Shown piece by piece: positions 1-9,383 of a DNA stretch of 56,883 nt (position 1 is the first letter of the stretch; each line of letters starts with the position of its first letter). The position numbers were made by a program, and so were the translations under genes. Source of the DNA: Candidatus Eiseniibacteriota bacterium (lineage in GTDB: Bacteria > Eisenbacteria > RBG-16-71-46); assembly GCA_005893225.1 (NCBI GenBank), contig VBOT01000052.1:1-56883 (forward strand). The letters run 5' to 3'. A model generated the notes under the pieces. It worked only from the letters and a program-made list of their open reading frames with translations, was not told the DNA's origin and did not search any database.

Positions 1-1
1 C

Positions 2-124
2 CTGCTGGCCGCGCGCGGGCGCCAGCGCGCCCTCGAGTTCGCATGGCCCCGTGTCACGCAGCGGATCGAGGCGCTGTACCGGGAGGTCGTGGCGCGACGG
101 GGCGCCATCCACAGCGCGGCCTAG
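2..124 (+). CDS. C-terminal end of a probable GT4 glycosyltransferase (5'-truncated by window edge)
   Basis: Frame 2 reads LLAARGRQRALEFAWPRVTQRIEALYREVV...*, the typical GT-B/GT4 C-terminal helix (GRxRAxxFxW...YxEV); TAG at 122-124. Confidence 0.6.
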   Translation: MLAARGRQRALEFAWPRVTQRIEALYREVVARRGAIHSAA

Positions 125-144
125 CCCGCCCAGCGGATCCAGGG

Positions 145-1395
145 ATGGGAGGCCGGGAGATCCCGCTGCTCCGCCAGCGCGACTTCCGGGCCCTGTTCAC
201 TGGCCAGCTCATCTCGATCCTGGGCGAGCGCTTCACCTACCTGGCGCTGGTCGGCCTGCTGGCCGAGCACACCTCGCACTTCCGCGATCCCAGGTCGTCG
301 CTCCTGCTCACGCTGCTCGCCAACGTCATGCTGGCCCCGGTGCTGCTGTTCGCGCCCTTCACCGGCCCCTGGCTCGACCGCACCAACCTCAAGCGCGTGA
401 TGGTCGCCTCCGACGCCCTGCGGTCCGTGATCGTGGTGCTGATCCCGATCCTCTACCTCGGCACCGGCAACACCGCCCCGGTGTTCGCGCTGGTCTTCGC
501 CCTCTTCACCTGCAACGTGCTCTTCCTGCCGGCCAAGAGCGCGCTCACCCCGGAGATCGTCCCGCCGGCGCAGCTACTGATGGCCAACGGCCTGCTCTCG
601 ATCGCGGGCGTGGTGGCGACCGCCGCCGGAGCGCTCTCGGGGGGCTGGCTCATCGACCACTGGGGATGGCGGACCGCCCTCTACCTGAACGGGGCGACCT
701 ACGGCGTCTCGGTGATCGCGCTGCTCCTGATCTCCTATCGCCCGCATCACGCCCTGGCACCGCCTCCCGGGATCTCGTGGCGGCGCTACTTCACCGAGGT
801 CGCGGAAGGCTGGGAGGTGGTGCGCCGCAACCGAGCGGTCGGGATCGCGCTCCTCTCGCTGGGCGCGGTGTGGGTCGGGGGAGGATTCCTCCACGTCGCC
901 GGCAACCAGCACATCCAGCGCTCGGCGAGCGCGCCCGGCATGGAGCGGCTCGGGCTCCTGATGTGCGCGCTGGGAGTCGGGAGCCTGATCGGCACCTGGT
1001 GGATCAACCACCGCGGCAAGAACGCGCCGCGAGCGGTCCTGCTCGGCGGGGGGCTGGTGCTCGCGGGTCTGGGGATCGTCGTGTTCGCGGTCTCGGCGCG
1101 ATTCGCGGTGTTCGCCGCGGCGGCGTTCGTGATCGGACTGGCCGCCGCCCCGGCGTTCATGCTGTCGGAGACGCTCCTGCAAGAGGGCACCGAGCCGCGC
1201 CAGCGGGGCCGGGTGTTCAGCGCGCGGGACTTCCTGATGCGGCTGGTGTTCTTCCTCGGCGTGACGACCGCCGGCTGGGCCAGCCGGTCCCTGGGCCTGC
1301 GCGCCACGCTCCTCATCTGCGCGGGGATCGTGACCGCGGCCGGAGCGCTGGCGCTCTGGTGGGGGCGGCGCGGGGCGGAGCCGCGGGTCGCGTGA
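145..1395 (+). CDS. MFS transporter (H+ antiporter/MFS_3-like)
   Basis: LLRQRDFRALFTGQLISILGE N-terminus, GPWLDRTNLKRVMVASD motif A, about 12 hydrophobic segments, QRGRVFS; start trimmed to ATG 145. Confidence 0.88.
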   Translation: MGGREIPLLRQRDFRALFTGQLISILGERFTYLALVGLLAEHTSHFRDPRSSLLLTLLANVMLAPVLLFAPFTGPWLDRTNLKRVMVASDALRSVIVVLIPILYLGTGNTAPVFALVFALFTCNVLFLPAKSALTPEIVPPAQLLMANGLLSIAGVVATAAGALSGGWLIDHWGWRTALYLNGATYGVSVIALLLISYRPHHALAPPPGISWRRYFTEVAEGWEVVRRNRAVGIALLSLGAVWVGGGFLHVAGNQHIQRSASAPGMERLGLLMCALGVGSLIGTWWINHRGKNAPRAVLLGGGLVLAGLGIVVFAVSARFAVFAAAAFVIGLAAAPAFMLSETLLQEGTEPRQRGRVFSARDFLMRLVFFLGVTTAGWASRSLGLRATLLICAGIVTAAGALALWWGRRGAEPRVA

Positions 1396-1419
1396 GGGGC
1401 CCGCCCGGATTCTCGTTCT

Positions 1420-1848
1420 TCAGGCTCCCGTCTCGAGCTCGATGCCCCAGCGCCTTCTCAGCGCGCGGCGGAACACGCGCGCCTCCCCGCCCGGCCCCGC
1501 GCCGCGCTGGAACGCGTCGAACGCCTCGAGCAGCTCGGGGCCGCACTGCGAGAACAGCCTTCCTTGGGCGTTCGCCTGCCGGATCCGCGCGCCCCAGCGC
1601 TCCTCGAGCCGGTCCAGGATTCTCTCGGCCAGCTCGGCCGCGCTCCCTTCCAGCCGGACCTCGAAGCGCTGGCCGCAGCCGGGACAGCGCACCTTGGCCC
1701 CCCAGGGCCCAAGCAGCCCTCCGGGAAGGAGATAGCGGGCCCCGCAGGCCGGGCAGGAGACCTCCATTCCCGGGCCGGCCCACCCGGGCCTCGCCCTGGC
1801 CCCGCCACCTCCGCCCTCGTGGCCCCATTCCTCCATGCGGGTCCTCAT
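1420..1848 (-). CDS. Zinc-ribbon (MJ0042-type finger) domain protein
   Basis: CPACGARY...KVRCPGCGQRFEV matches the zinc_ribbon/MJ0042 pattern; ATG 1848 overlaps the recG stop (ATGA); alternative start ATG 1767. Confidence 0.7.
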   Translation of the reverse strand: MRTRMEEWGHEGGGGGARARPGWAGPGMEVSCPACGARYLLPGGLLGPWGAKVRCPGCGQRFEVRLEGSAAELAERILDRLEERWGARIRQANAQGRLFSQCGPELLEAFDAFQRGAGPGGEARVFRRALRRRWGIELETGA

Positions 1849-3962
1849 CCGGCCAGCGCCAGCTCGAGGGCATCGCGATAGCTCGCGAGCAGCGCCGCCT
1901 TGAGCGCGGCGTGCTCCTCCTTCATCAGCCACGGGTCGGCGGCCACCACGCCCGCCGCCGCCCGCTGCGTCTCCTCCAGCAGCGCCTCGTCGCGGGCGAG
2001 GTCCGCGAGCTTGAGCCGCGGCAGCCCGCTCTGGCGGGTTCCCCACAGCTCGCCCGGACCGCGCATCCGGAGATCCGCCTCGGCGATCTCGAATCCGTTC
2101 TCGGTGCGGGAGAGTACCGACAGCCGCTCCAGCGCGCGTCCCCCGGTTCCGGGGCTCGGGACCAGCACGCACACCGAGCGATGCGCTCCGCGCCCCACCC
2201 GCCCGCGAAGCTGGTGAAGCTGGGTGAGCCCGAAGCGCTCGGCGCTCTCGACCACCATGAGCGTGGCGTTCGGGACGTCGACCCCGACCTCCACCACGGT
2301 GGTGGTGACGAGCGCCTGCACCCGGCCGGCGGCGAAGGCCTCCATCGCCGCCTGCTTGGAAGCCGCGTCCATCCGGCCGTGGAGCAGCCCCAAGGTGTGG
2401 GGCTCGAGCAGCGGGTGGCTCGCGAGCCGCCGGTGCTCCGCCTCGGCGGCGCGCTGGGTACCGCTCGCCGCTTCCTCGATCACCGGGAGGACCACGAAGG
2501 CTTGGCGTCCGGCGGCGAGCTCCTTCGCCATGAACTCCAGCACCTGCGGGAGCTTCTCCTCTCCCGCCACCCGGGTGACCAGCCGCCCGCGCCCGGCCGG
2601 GCGCGTGGTGATGCGGCTCACGTCGAGGTCCCCGTAGAAGGCGAGCGTGAGCGTACGCGGGATGGGCGTGGCGGTCAGCACCAGAACGTCCGGGATCACG
2701 GCCTTCTGGGCCAGGAGGGCGCGCTGGCGAACGCCGAAACGGTGCTGCTCGTCGACGATCGCGAGCCCGAGGCGCGGGAGCTTCACCTTCTCCCAGATCA
2801 GCGCGTGGGTGCCGACCACGAGCAGAGGCTCGCCGCCCTCGAGCCGCTCGCCCAGCCGCCGTCGCTCCTTGGCCGGCGTCCCGCCGGTGAGGGACGCGAT
2901 CTCGATCCCCACCGGCCCGGCCAGGCTCGCCAGGGTCGCGGCGTGCTGCCGCGCCAGGATCTCGGTCGGAGCCATGAACGCCACCTGATGGCCGGCCTCG
3001 ATCACGTGGAGCGCGGCGAGGAACGCCACCACCGTCTTGCCGCTCCCGACGTCGCCGAGCAGCAGCCGCTGCATCGGGCGCTCGCGCCCGAGGTCGGCGA
3101 CGATCTCCCCGAGCGCCCGCTCCTGGTCGGGCGTGAGCGAGAACGGCAGGGCGGAAAGGGCGCGGCGAGCGAGCTCTCCCGGTCCGGCGGTCGAGAGCCC
3201 GCGGCCTTGCTCGCTCAGGAGCCGGCGCCTCAGCGCCAGCACGCTCTGCAGCAGGAACAGCTCCTCGAACGCGAGCCGGCGCCGCGCCCGGGCCAGCGAC
3301 TCGTCGCTGTCGGGGAAGTGGATCTGCTCGAGGCTCGGGGCCAGGGGCAAGAGGGCGTGGGCCGCGACCACCTCGGCGGGGAGCGGATCGGGGATTCGAT
3401 CCGCGACGCGATCCAGCGCGCTCCGCACCGCGCGGCGCATCGATCGGGCGGTCAGCCCCTTGGTGAGCGAGTGGACGGGGACCAGCCGCCCGACGTGAAG
3501 CAGCTCCTCCACGTCGCCCTCCACGACCTCGAACATCGGGTTGAGCATGCGCCGCTCCGGCGGATCGAGCTCGCCGCTCACCACCACCCGGACCCCGCGC
3601 CGCAGCGTGCGCGCCAGGAACGGCTGGCCGAAGAAGTAGCACGGGAGCGTTCCGCTCGCGTCGGCGATCGAGACCACGAAGTCGGTGCGCCCTCCGCGGG
3701 TCCTGAGCGCCGCGGCGTGGCGCACCACGCCCGTCACCGTCATGAGCTCGCCGGGGGCGAGCTCGGAGACCTGCACGAAGCGCCGGGCGTCGAGATAGGC
3801 GCGCGGATAGTGGCGCACCAGGTGCTCGAGGGTGGAAAGCCCGAGCCGCTCGAACAGGCGCGCGCGCGCTGGGCCCACGCCGGGCAGGAACTGGAGGCGC
3901 GACGAAGGATCGACCCGCGGCGAGGGGACGTAGGACGCTCGGGATCGCTCGAGGGGCATCAT
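1845..3962 (-). CDS. recG: ATP-dependent DNA helicase RecG
   Basis: LPGVGP N-terminus, OB wedge domain, RRLAFEELF, GDVGSGKT, MAPTEILARQH, DEQHRFGVRQR, TATPIPRT, QLHQLRGRVGRG, DLRMRGPGELWGTRQSG. Confidence 0.96.
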   Translation of the reverse strand: MMPLERSRASYVPSPRVDPSSRLQFLPGVGPARARLFERLGLSTLEHLVRHYPRAYLDARRFVQVSELAPGELMTVTGVVRHAAALRTRGGRTDFVVSIADASGTLPCYFFGQPFLARTLRRGVRVVVSGELDPPERRMLNPMFEVVEGDVEELLHVGRLVPVHSLTKGLTARSMRRAVRSALDRVADRIPDPLPAEVVAAHALLPLAPSLEQIHFPDSDESLARARRRLAFEELFLLQSVLALRRRLLSEQGRGLSTAGPGELARRALSALPFSLTPDQERALGEIVADLGRERPMQRLLLGDVGSGKTVVAFLAALHVIEAGHQVAFMAPTEILARQHAATLASLAGPVGIEIASLTGGTPAKERRRLGERLEGGEPLLVVGTHALIWEKVKLPRLGLAIVDEQHRFGVRQRALLAQKAVIPDVLVLTATPIPRTLTLAFYGDLDVSRITTRPAGRGRLVTRVAGEEKLPQVLEFMAKELAAGRQAFVVLPVIEEAASGTQRAAEAEHRRLASHPLLEPHTLGLLHGRMDAASKQAAMEAFAAGRVQALVTTTVVEVGVDVPNATLMVVESAERFGLTQLHQLRGRVGRGAHRSVCVLVPSPGTGGRALERLSVLSRTENGFEIAEADLRMRGPGELWGTRQSGLPRLKLADLARDEALLEETQRAAAGVVAADPWLMKEEHAALKAALLASYRDALELALAG

Positions 3963-4069
3963 GGGCCGCCGGCCTCCCCGCGCCTCGGAGGATCTCCGGA
4001 GAGCCGGGCGAGGACGCGGAACAAGCACCTTCGGAAGCCGTTGCCGATCGGGTCGCCGCTCATGTCGGG

Positions 4070-4098
4070 TTTACAATCGCCGCCGCCGCTGGTAGTGT
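4070..4098 (+). promoter_or_regulatory. Putative sigma70 promoter of rpmB
   Basis: TTTACA (4070-4075), 17-nt spacer, TAGTGT (4093-4098) with extended -10 TG at 4090-4091. Confidence 0.55.
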
Positions 4099-4172
4099 CC
4101 AACGTCTTTTTCCGGACCCTATACCGTGGCGCTCGCGGGCCGGAGCGCCTTTTCGAGACCAGGAGGTGGCGC

Positions 4173-4391
4173 TTGGCTCAGCGATGCGAGATCTGCGGCA
4201 AGGGAACCATGTCGGGGCACAACGTGAGCCACGCTCACAACCTGAGCAAGCGGGTCTGGAACCCGAACCTCCAGCGGGTTCGCGCCCTGAGCGGCGGAGT
4301 GGTGCGCACCCTGTTCGCGTGCACGCGCTGCCTCAGGTCGGGCAGGGTGGCCAAGGCCGTGCGCGGCAGGCGAAGCCTCCCCGCCGCCTAG
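4173..4391 (+). CDS. rpmB: 50S ribosomal protein L28 (Cys-containing, Zn-binding type)
   Basis: (M)AQRCEICGKGTMSGHNVSHAHNLSKRVWNPNLQRVR...CTRCLRSGRV; TTG start after SD AGGAGGT (4161-4167). Confidence 0.95.
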   Translation: MAQRCEICGKGTMSGHNVSHAHNLSKRVWNPNLQRVRALSGGVVRTLFACTRCLRSGRVAKAVRGRRSLPAA

Positions 4392-4395
4392 CCCG

Positions 4396-4446
4396 GGACG
4401 AAGCGGGGCCCGCGGTCGAACCGCCGGGAGCCCCGCCTTCGCGTCC
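4396..4446. terminator. Imperfect GC-rich hairpin between convergent rpmB and ftsZ
   Basis: GGACG-AAG-CGGGGC...GCCCCG-CCTTCG-CGTCC inverted repeat fills the intergenic gap; no U-tract. Confidence 0.4.
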
Positions 4447-5607
4447 TCAGTCCACCTGCTTCCGCAGGAAGGTGGGCACCTCCAACGACTCGCTGCCCCG
4501 GCCCCAGTTCTTGCCGCGGCCGTCCTCGGCCCGCTTCCACGGGTGCAGGCGCCGGTAGTCTCCCTGCTGCTCCTCGGCCTGAGGCGGCTGGGGGGCATGG
4601 GGCGCCTGGGCGCGCGCCCTGTCGATCAGCCGCAGCCGGGGCTCCGCGGCCCCGAACCCGGTCGCGACCACGGTGATGATGATCTCGCCGTCCAGGTTGG
4701 GGTCGATCACCGCGCCGAAGATCACGTTCGCGTCCTCGCCGGCCGCCGCCACCACCACGCCCGAGGCCTCGTTCACCTCGTGCAGCGTGAGGTCGCGCCC
4801 GCCGGTGATGTTGACCAGCACACCCTCGGCGCCGGCGATCGAGACATCCTCGAGCAGCGGGCTCGACACCGCCGCCTGCGCGGCCTCGACGGCGCGGTTC
4901 GGGCCCGACGAGCGACCCGTCCCCATGAGCGCGTTGCCGCGATTGGACATCACCGCCTTGACGTCGGCGAAGTCGAGATTGACGAGCCCCGGCACGGTGA
5001 CCAGGTCGGAGATACCCTTCGTGGCCTTGAGCAGCACCTCGTCGCACACGCTGAACGCGTCGGTGAGGGGCGTCCCCTTGTCCACCACCGCCAGCAGCCG
5101 CTCGTTGGGGATCACGATCAGGGTGTCGACCTCGGCCCTCAGCTCGCTCAGGCCCTCCTCGGCCTGCCGCATCCGCCGCCGGCCCTCGAACAGGAACGGC
5201 TTGGTCACGACCGCGACCGTGAGCGCCCCCGACTGCTTGGCGAGCCGCGCCACCACCGGAGCGGCGCCGGTCCCGGTGCCGCCTCCCATCCCCGCGGTGA
5301 TGAACACCATGTCGCTCTCGGCCAGCGCGTCGGCGATCAGCTGCTCGTCTTCCTCCGCGGCGCGGCGGCCCTGGGTGGGATCCCCGCCCGAGCCCAGCCC
5401 GCGCGTCGCGGTCGGGCCTATCTGGATGCGGCAAGGCGCGAGCGACTGGTTCAGCGCCTGCATGTCGGTATTGGCGGAGATGAACTCCACCCCCCGCAGT
5501 CCGGCGCCGATCATGCGGTTCACCGCGTTCCCCCCGGCGCCTCCCACGCCGATTACCTTGAGACGCGCGGACACCGTGCTGTCGATCTCCAATTCGAAGC
5601 TCATCAT
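4447..5607 (-). CDS. ftsZ: Cell division protein FtsZ
   Basis: [13 protein letters not shown], tubulin signature [17 protein letters not shown]-terminal [10 protein letters not shown]. Confidence 0.98.
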   Translation of the reverse strand: MMSFELEIDSTVSARLKVIGVGGAGGNAVNRMIGAGLRGVEFISANTDMQALNQSLAPCRIQIGPTATRGLGSGGDPTQGRRAAEEDEQLIADALAESDMVFITAGMGGGTGTGAAPVVARLAKQSGALTVAVVTKPFLFEGRRRMRQAEEGLSELRAEVDTLIVIPNERLLAVVDKGTPLTDAFSVCDEVLLKATKGISDLVTVPGLVNLDFADVKAVMSNRGNALMGTGRSSGPNRAVEAAQAAVSSPLLEDVSIAGAEGVLVNITGGRDLTLHEVNEASGVVVAAAGEDANVIFGAVIDPNLDGEIIITVVATGFGAAEPRLRLIDRARAQAPHAPQPPQAEEQQGDYRRLHPWKRAEDGRGKNWGRGSESLEVPTFLRKQVD

Positions 5608-5679
5608 GGCACCACTCCTTGTGCCCGCCCCGGGGCTCCCGCGGCGGTCGATCCGCCGGGGTGACGCCGGGCTGAGGCG

Positions 5680-6915
5680 CTAGAACAGCTCACTGAACCA
5701 GCGGCGCAGGTCGAAGGCCCCCCACCGCTCTCCCTGGATGCGCCGCTCGCGGCCCGCGGCCTCGCCGCTCTCGCCGTGGGCGGCGTGCAGCACGAGGCCC
5801 ACGCCGGTGGAGAAGCGCGGGTCCGCGATGTTCGCGGCCAGCCCTCCGAGCCCCTGCGGGACCCCGAGGCGCACCGGCATCTCGAACACCCGCTCGGCCA
5901 GCTCGGTCAGGCCCGGCATGAGCGAGGTGCCTCCGGTCAGCACCACCCCGCCTCCCAGCAGCTCGGCGAAGTGGTTCTTCCTCACTTCCTTGTTGGCCAG
6001 CGAGAAGATCTCCTCCATCCGCGGCTCGATCATCGAGGCCAGCACGTGCCGCGAGATCTCGCGATCGGCGCGGCCCCCCACCCCCGAGACCGCGATGGTC
6101 TCGCCCGATCCGACCAGGGAGGCGACCGCGCAGCCGTGTTGGATCTTGATCGCCTCCGCCTTGTCGATCGGCGTGCGAAGCCCGATCGCGATGTCGTTGG
6201 TGACGTTCGAGCCGCCGAAGGGGACGATCGCGGTGTGGCGGATCGAGCCCTCGAAGAACACCGCCACGTCGGTGGTGCCCCCGCCGGCGTCGAGCAGCAC
6301 CACGCCCAGGTCGCGCTCGTCGCGACCCAGCACCGCGTGACTCGAGGCGAGCGGCTCGAGCACCAGGTCGTAGACCCTGAGGCCGGCGCGCTGGATGGAG
6401 CGGCAGATGTTCTTCGCCGAGGCCACCGCCCCGGTGATGATGTGGACCTCGGCCTCGAGGCGCACGCCGCTCATCCCGATCGGGTCCTTGATGCCGTCCT
6501 GGTCGTCGACAATGAACTCCTGCGGGATCACGTGGATGATCTCCCGGTCCATCGGGATCGCCACCGCCTTGGCCGCCTCCACCACCCGCTCCACGTCCGC
6601 GGCGCCGATCTCGTTGTCCTTGCGCGAGACAGCGATCACGCCGCGGCTGTTGATGCTGCGGATATGGTCGCCGGCGATCCCGGCGTGGACGCCGCGCACC
6701 GGGATCCCCGCCATGCGCTCGGCCTCGGCGACGGCGCGCTGGATGCTGTGCACCGTTTTCTCGAGGTCGACCACCACCCCGCGTCTCAATCCCTCGCTCG
6801 GCGCGTTGCCGATCCCGACCACCCGCAGCTCGCCGCCGTTCATGTCGGCGACCACGCACGAGATCTTGGTCGTGCCGATGTCCAGACCTACGAACGTCCT
6901 GCCTGCCTGTGCCAT
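5680..6915 (-). CDS. ftsA: Cell division protein FtsA
   Basis: GLDIGTTKI, GLRRGVVVD, DPIGMSGVRLEAEVHII, DAGGGTTD, VVLTGGTS; directly upstream of ftsZ. Confidence 0.97.
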   Translation of the reverse strand: MAQAGRTFVGLDIGTTKISCVVADMNGGELRVVGIGNAPSEGLRRGVVVDLEKTVHSIQRAVAEAERMAGIPVRGVHAGIAGDHIRSINSRGVIAVSRKDNEIGAADVERVVEAAKAVAIPMDREIIHVIPQEFIVDDQDGIKDPIGMSGVRLEAEVHIITGAVASAKNICRSIQRAGLRVYDLVLEPLASSHAVLGRDERDLGVVLLDAGGGTTDVAVFFEGSIRHTAIVPFGGSNVTNDIAIGLRTPIDKAEAIKIQHGCAVASLVGSGETIAVSGVGGRADREISRHVLASMIEPRMEEIFSLANKEVRKNHFAELLGGGVVLTGGTSLMPGLTELAERVFEMPVRLGVPQGLGGLAANIADPRFSTGVGLVLHAAHGESGEAAGRERRIQGERWGAFDLRRWFSELF

Positions 6916-7021
6916 CAACTTCTCCCGGGTGGGGGCCTCATGCTCGAATCAAGTCTCGTTTCGGGGCGGGGTACTCGCCGAAGGCGGGTCCGGCCGCCGG
7001 AAATCCGTTGCGCGGATCGCA

Positions 7022-7909
7022 TCATGGATCGTGCTGAGGCTCCGGGGCGGCCTGCGCGCCGGCCGCGACCGCTCCGCTCTCTCCGGCTCGAGGAACCGGG
7101 CCCGGCGGGGCCGCGGCCCGCTCGTCCGGCTCCACCGGCCGCACGATCACTTGGTCGGCGAACCTCAGATCGATCTCCCGCGCCGCGGTTCCGCGCAGGA
7201 CCAGGTCGGCCAGCACGGCCCGCAGGGCGGAGAGCCGGCGGCTCCCCGGCGGCCAAGCCGGAGCCAGCACGCGGGTGCCGCTCATCCACGTCAGCGCGGT
7301 GACCCGCGCGTCGGACACGTCGATCTCCGACACCTGCCCGCCGAGCTGGAGGTCGCTCGCGGAGAGCGCCTGCACCCAGCCGAGGCCGCGCCGCGCCTCG
7401 GCGGTGGACACCCGCGCGCCGTCCGGGACCCCCTCGAAGCTCACGCCCGAGAGCATGGGGACGTCCGCCACCACTCCCTCCGCGAGCGGCCGCAGCATGA
7501 CCCCGGCCGAGTCGAGCTCCCAGGGCGAACCGTGGCGCACCAGCAGGACCGGGGCGCGCTCGACCACGCGCACGCGGATCCCGCGCGGCCATTCTCGCCT
7601 CACCTCGGCTCGCTCGATCCGGGAATCGGCGAGCAGCCTCTGGCGGGCGCGCGCGCAGTCGACGGAGAACAGATCCTGACCGGGCTGGATGCCCGCGATG
7701 CCGCGCACCCGCACCGCGTCGAGGGTGCGGAGCCCTTCGACCCGCACGCCCTCGACCACCGCCACCTTGCGCCGGAGCCCCTCCCACGGCAGGTGGGCGA
7801 ACAGCGCGATCCCGAGCGCCACCAAGGCCACGCGCAGGGCCCGGCGCCCGCGCCGCGGGCGGGGAGCGGGAGCCTCGCGCCTCAGGGCGCGCCCCTGGTA
7901 GAAGGTCAC
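7022..7909 (-). CDS. ftsQ: Cell division protein FtsQ/DivIB
   Basis: Basic N-terminus and single TM, POTRA (VEGLRTLD...IERAEVRREWPRGIRVRVVERAP), C-terminal EIDLRFADQVIV; GTG 7909 (alternative 7927). Confidence 0.88.
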   Translation of the reverse strand: MTFYQGRALRREAPAPRPRRGRRALRVALVALGIALFAHLPWEGLRRKVAVVEGVRVEGLRTLDAVRVRGIAGIQPGQDLFSVDCARARQRLLADSRIERAEVRREWPRGIRVRVVERAPVLLVRHGSPWELDSAGVMLRPLAEGVVADVPMLSGVSFEGVPDGARVSTAEARRGLGWVQALSASDLQLGGQVSEIDVSDARVTALTWMSGTRVLAPAWPPGSRRLSALRAVLADLVLRGTAAREIDLRFADQVIVRPVEPDERAAAPPGPVPRAGESGAVAAGAQAAPEPQHDP

Positions 7910-7991
7910 GGGCGACGCCCCGAGCACCGCGCCGGCCGCGCTCCGCTCCTCGCCGCTCGCGATCGGGCCGGCGTTCCCGGGCGGGGGCGCA

Positions 7992-9383
7992 TCAGCGTCG
8001 CTCCTCCACCATCGCCTGGCGCCTCAGGTGCTCGAGCACCCGCTCGCCGAGCTTCCACACGTCGCCGGCGCCGAGGGTCAGCACCAGGTCTCCCGGCCGC
8101 GCCTCGGCCGCGGCCTCCTCGGCCGCCCGGGACGCGTCGGGGGCGTAGCCCACCTGCTCGAAGCCCTGCTCGCGCGCCATCTCCACCACGCTCGCGCCCG
8201 AGACCCCCGGGATCGGCGGCTCGCCGGCCCCGTAGACGTCGAGCACCCACACCCGCGCGGCGTCCCCGAAGGCGGCGCCGAACTCGCGCGTCAGGACCGC
8301 GGTGCGGGTGTAGCGGTGCGGCTGGAAGATCACCAGCACGCGCTCGCTCAATCCGCGCGCCGCCGAGAGCGTGGCCAGGATCTCGGTGGGATGATGGCCG
8401 TAGTCGTCCACCACCCGCACCCCGGCGCACTCGCCGCGAATCTCGAAACGCCTCGAGACCCCGGCGAAGCCGGCCAGCGCTTCGGCCACGTGCTCGAAGC
8501 CGACCTCCACCTCCAGCCCCACCGCCACGGCCGCCAGCGCGTTCAGGACGTTGTGGCGGCCCGGGATCCGGAGCTCGATCTCTCCCAGCTCGGCCCCGCT
8601 CGCCTCGACCCGGAAGCGCGAGCCCTGCGGCAGCAGGCGCACCTCGGAGGCCCGGATCTCGACTTCCGGGCGCGTCCCGTAGATCAGGTGACGCTTGCCG
8701 ACCCGCGGCAGGATGCGGCGCACCTCGGGGTCGTCCCCGCACAGCACCGTGACGCCGTAGAACGGCACCCGGTTCGCGAAGTAGACGAATGCCTGGCGCA
8801 GCTCCTCGAGGCTGCCGAAGTGGTCCAGATGCTCGCGGTCCACGTTGGTGATCACCGTGACTGCGGGCGAGAGGCGCAGGAACGACCCGTCGCTCTCGTC
8901 GGCCTCGGCGACCAGGAACTGGCCGTGGCCGAGGCGCGCGTTCGAGCCCAGGGCGTGCAGCCGCCCTCCCACCACGATGGTGGGATCGAGGCCCCCGCGC
9001 GCCAGCACCGCCGCGATCATCGAAGTGGTGGTGGTCTTGCCGTGGGAGCCGCCGACCGCCACGCCGTACTTCATGCGCATCAGCTCGCCCAGCATCTCGG
9101 CGCGCGAGATCACCGGCAGGCCCAGCCCGCGCGCCGCCACGAGCTCGGGGTTGTCCTTGGGCACCGCGGTCGAGAACACCACCACCTGCGCGCCCTCCAC
9201 GTTCGACGGGGCGTGCCCGATGAACACCCGCCCGCCGAGCCGCACCAGCCGCTCGGTGGACTCGCCGGCCCTTAGGTCGCTGCCCGAGACGGTATAGCCC
9301 ATGTTGAGCAGCACCTCGGCGATGCCCGACATGCCCACGCCGCCCACGCCGATGAAGTGGATGCGGTGGGTGCGCCCGTACAT
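7992..9383 (-). CDS. murC: UDP-N-acetylmuramate--L-alanine ligase
   Basis: IHFIGVGGVGMSGIA, GSHGKTTTT, EADESDGSF, DDYGHHPTE, FQPHRYTRT. Confidence 0.97.
   Translation of the reverse strand: MYGRTHRIHFIGVGGVGMSGIAEVLLNMGYTVSGSDLRAGESTERLVRLGGRVFIGHAPSNVEGAQVVVFSTAVPKDNPELVAARGLGLPVISRAEMLGELMRMKYGVAVGGSHGKTTTTSMIAAVLARGGLDPTIVVGGRLHALGSNARLGHGQFLVAEADESDGSFLRLSPAVTVITNVDREHLDHFGSLEELRQAFVYFANRVPFYGVTVLCGDDPEVRRILPRVGKRHLIYGTRPEVEIRASEVRLLPQGSRFRVEASGAELGEIELRIPGRHNVLNALAAVAVGLEVEVGFEHVAEALAGFAGVSRRFEIRGECAGVRVVDDYGHHPTEILATLSAARGLSERVLVIFQPHRYTRTAVLTREFGAAFGDAARVWVLDVYGAGEPPIPGVSGASVVEMAREQGFEQVGYAPDASRAAEEAAAEARPGDLVLTLGAGDVWKLGERVLEHLRRQAMVEERR

Noticed and set aside
51-4391. 1446-aa plus-strand ORF and other very long antisense ORFs (e.g. 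25040-29131, 6395-8752, 33300-35477)
   Set aside because: Shadow frames of real minus-strand genes in high-GC DNA, with Arg/Pro/Gly-rich composition and no motifs. Only the last 72 codons of 51..4391 (rpmB) are real.
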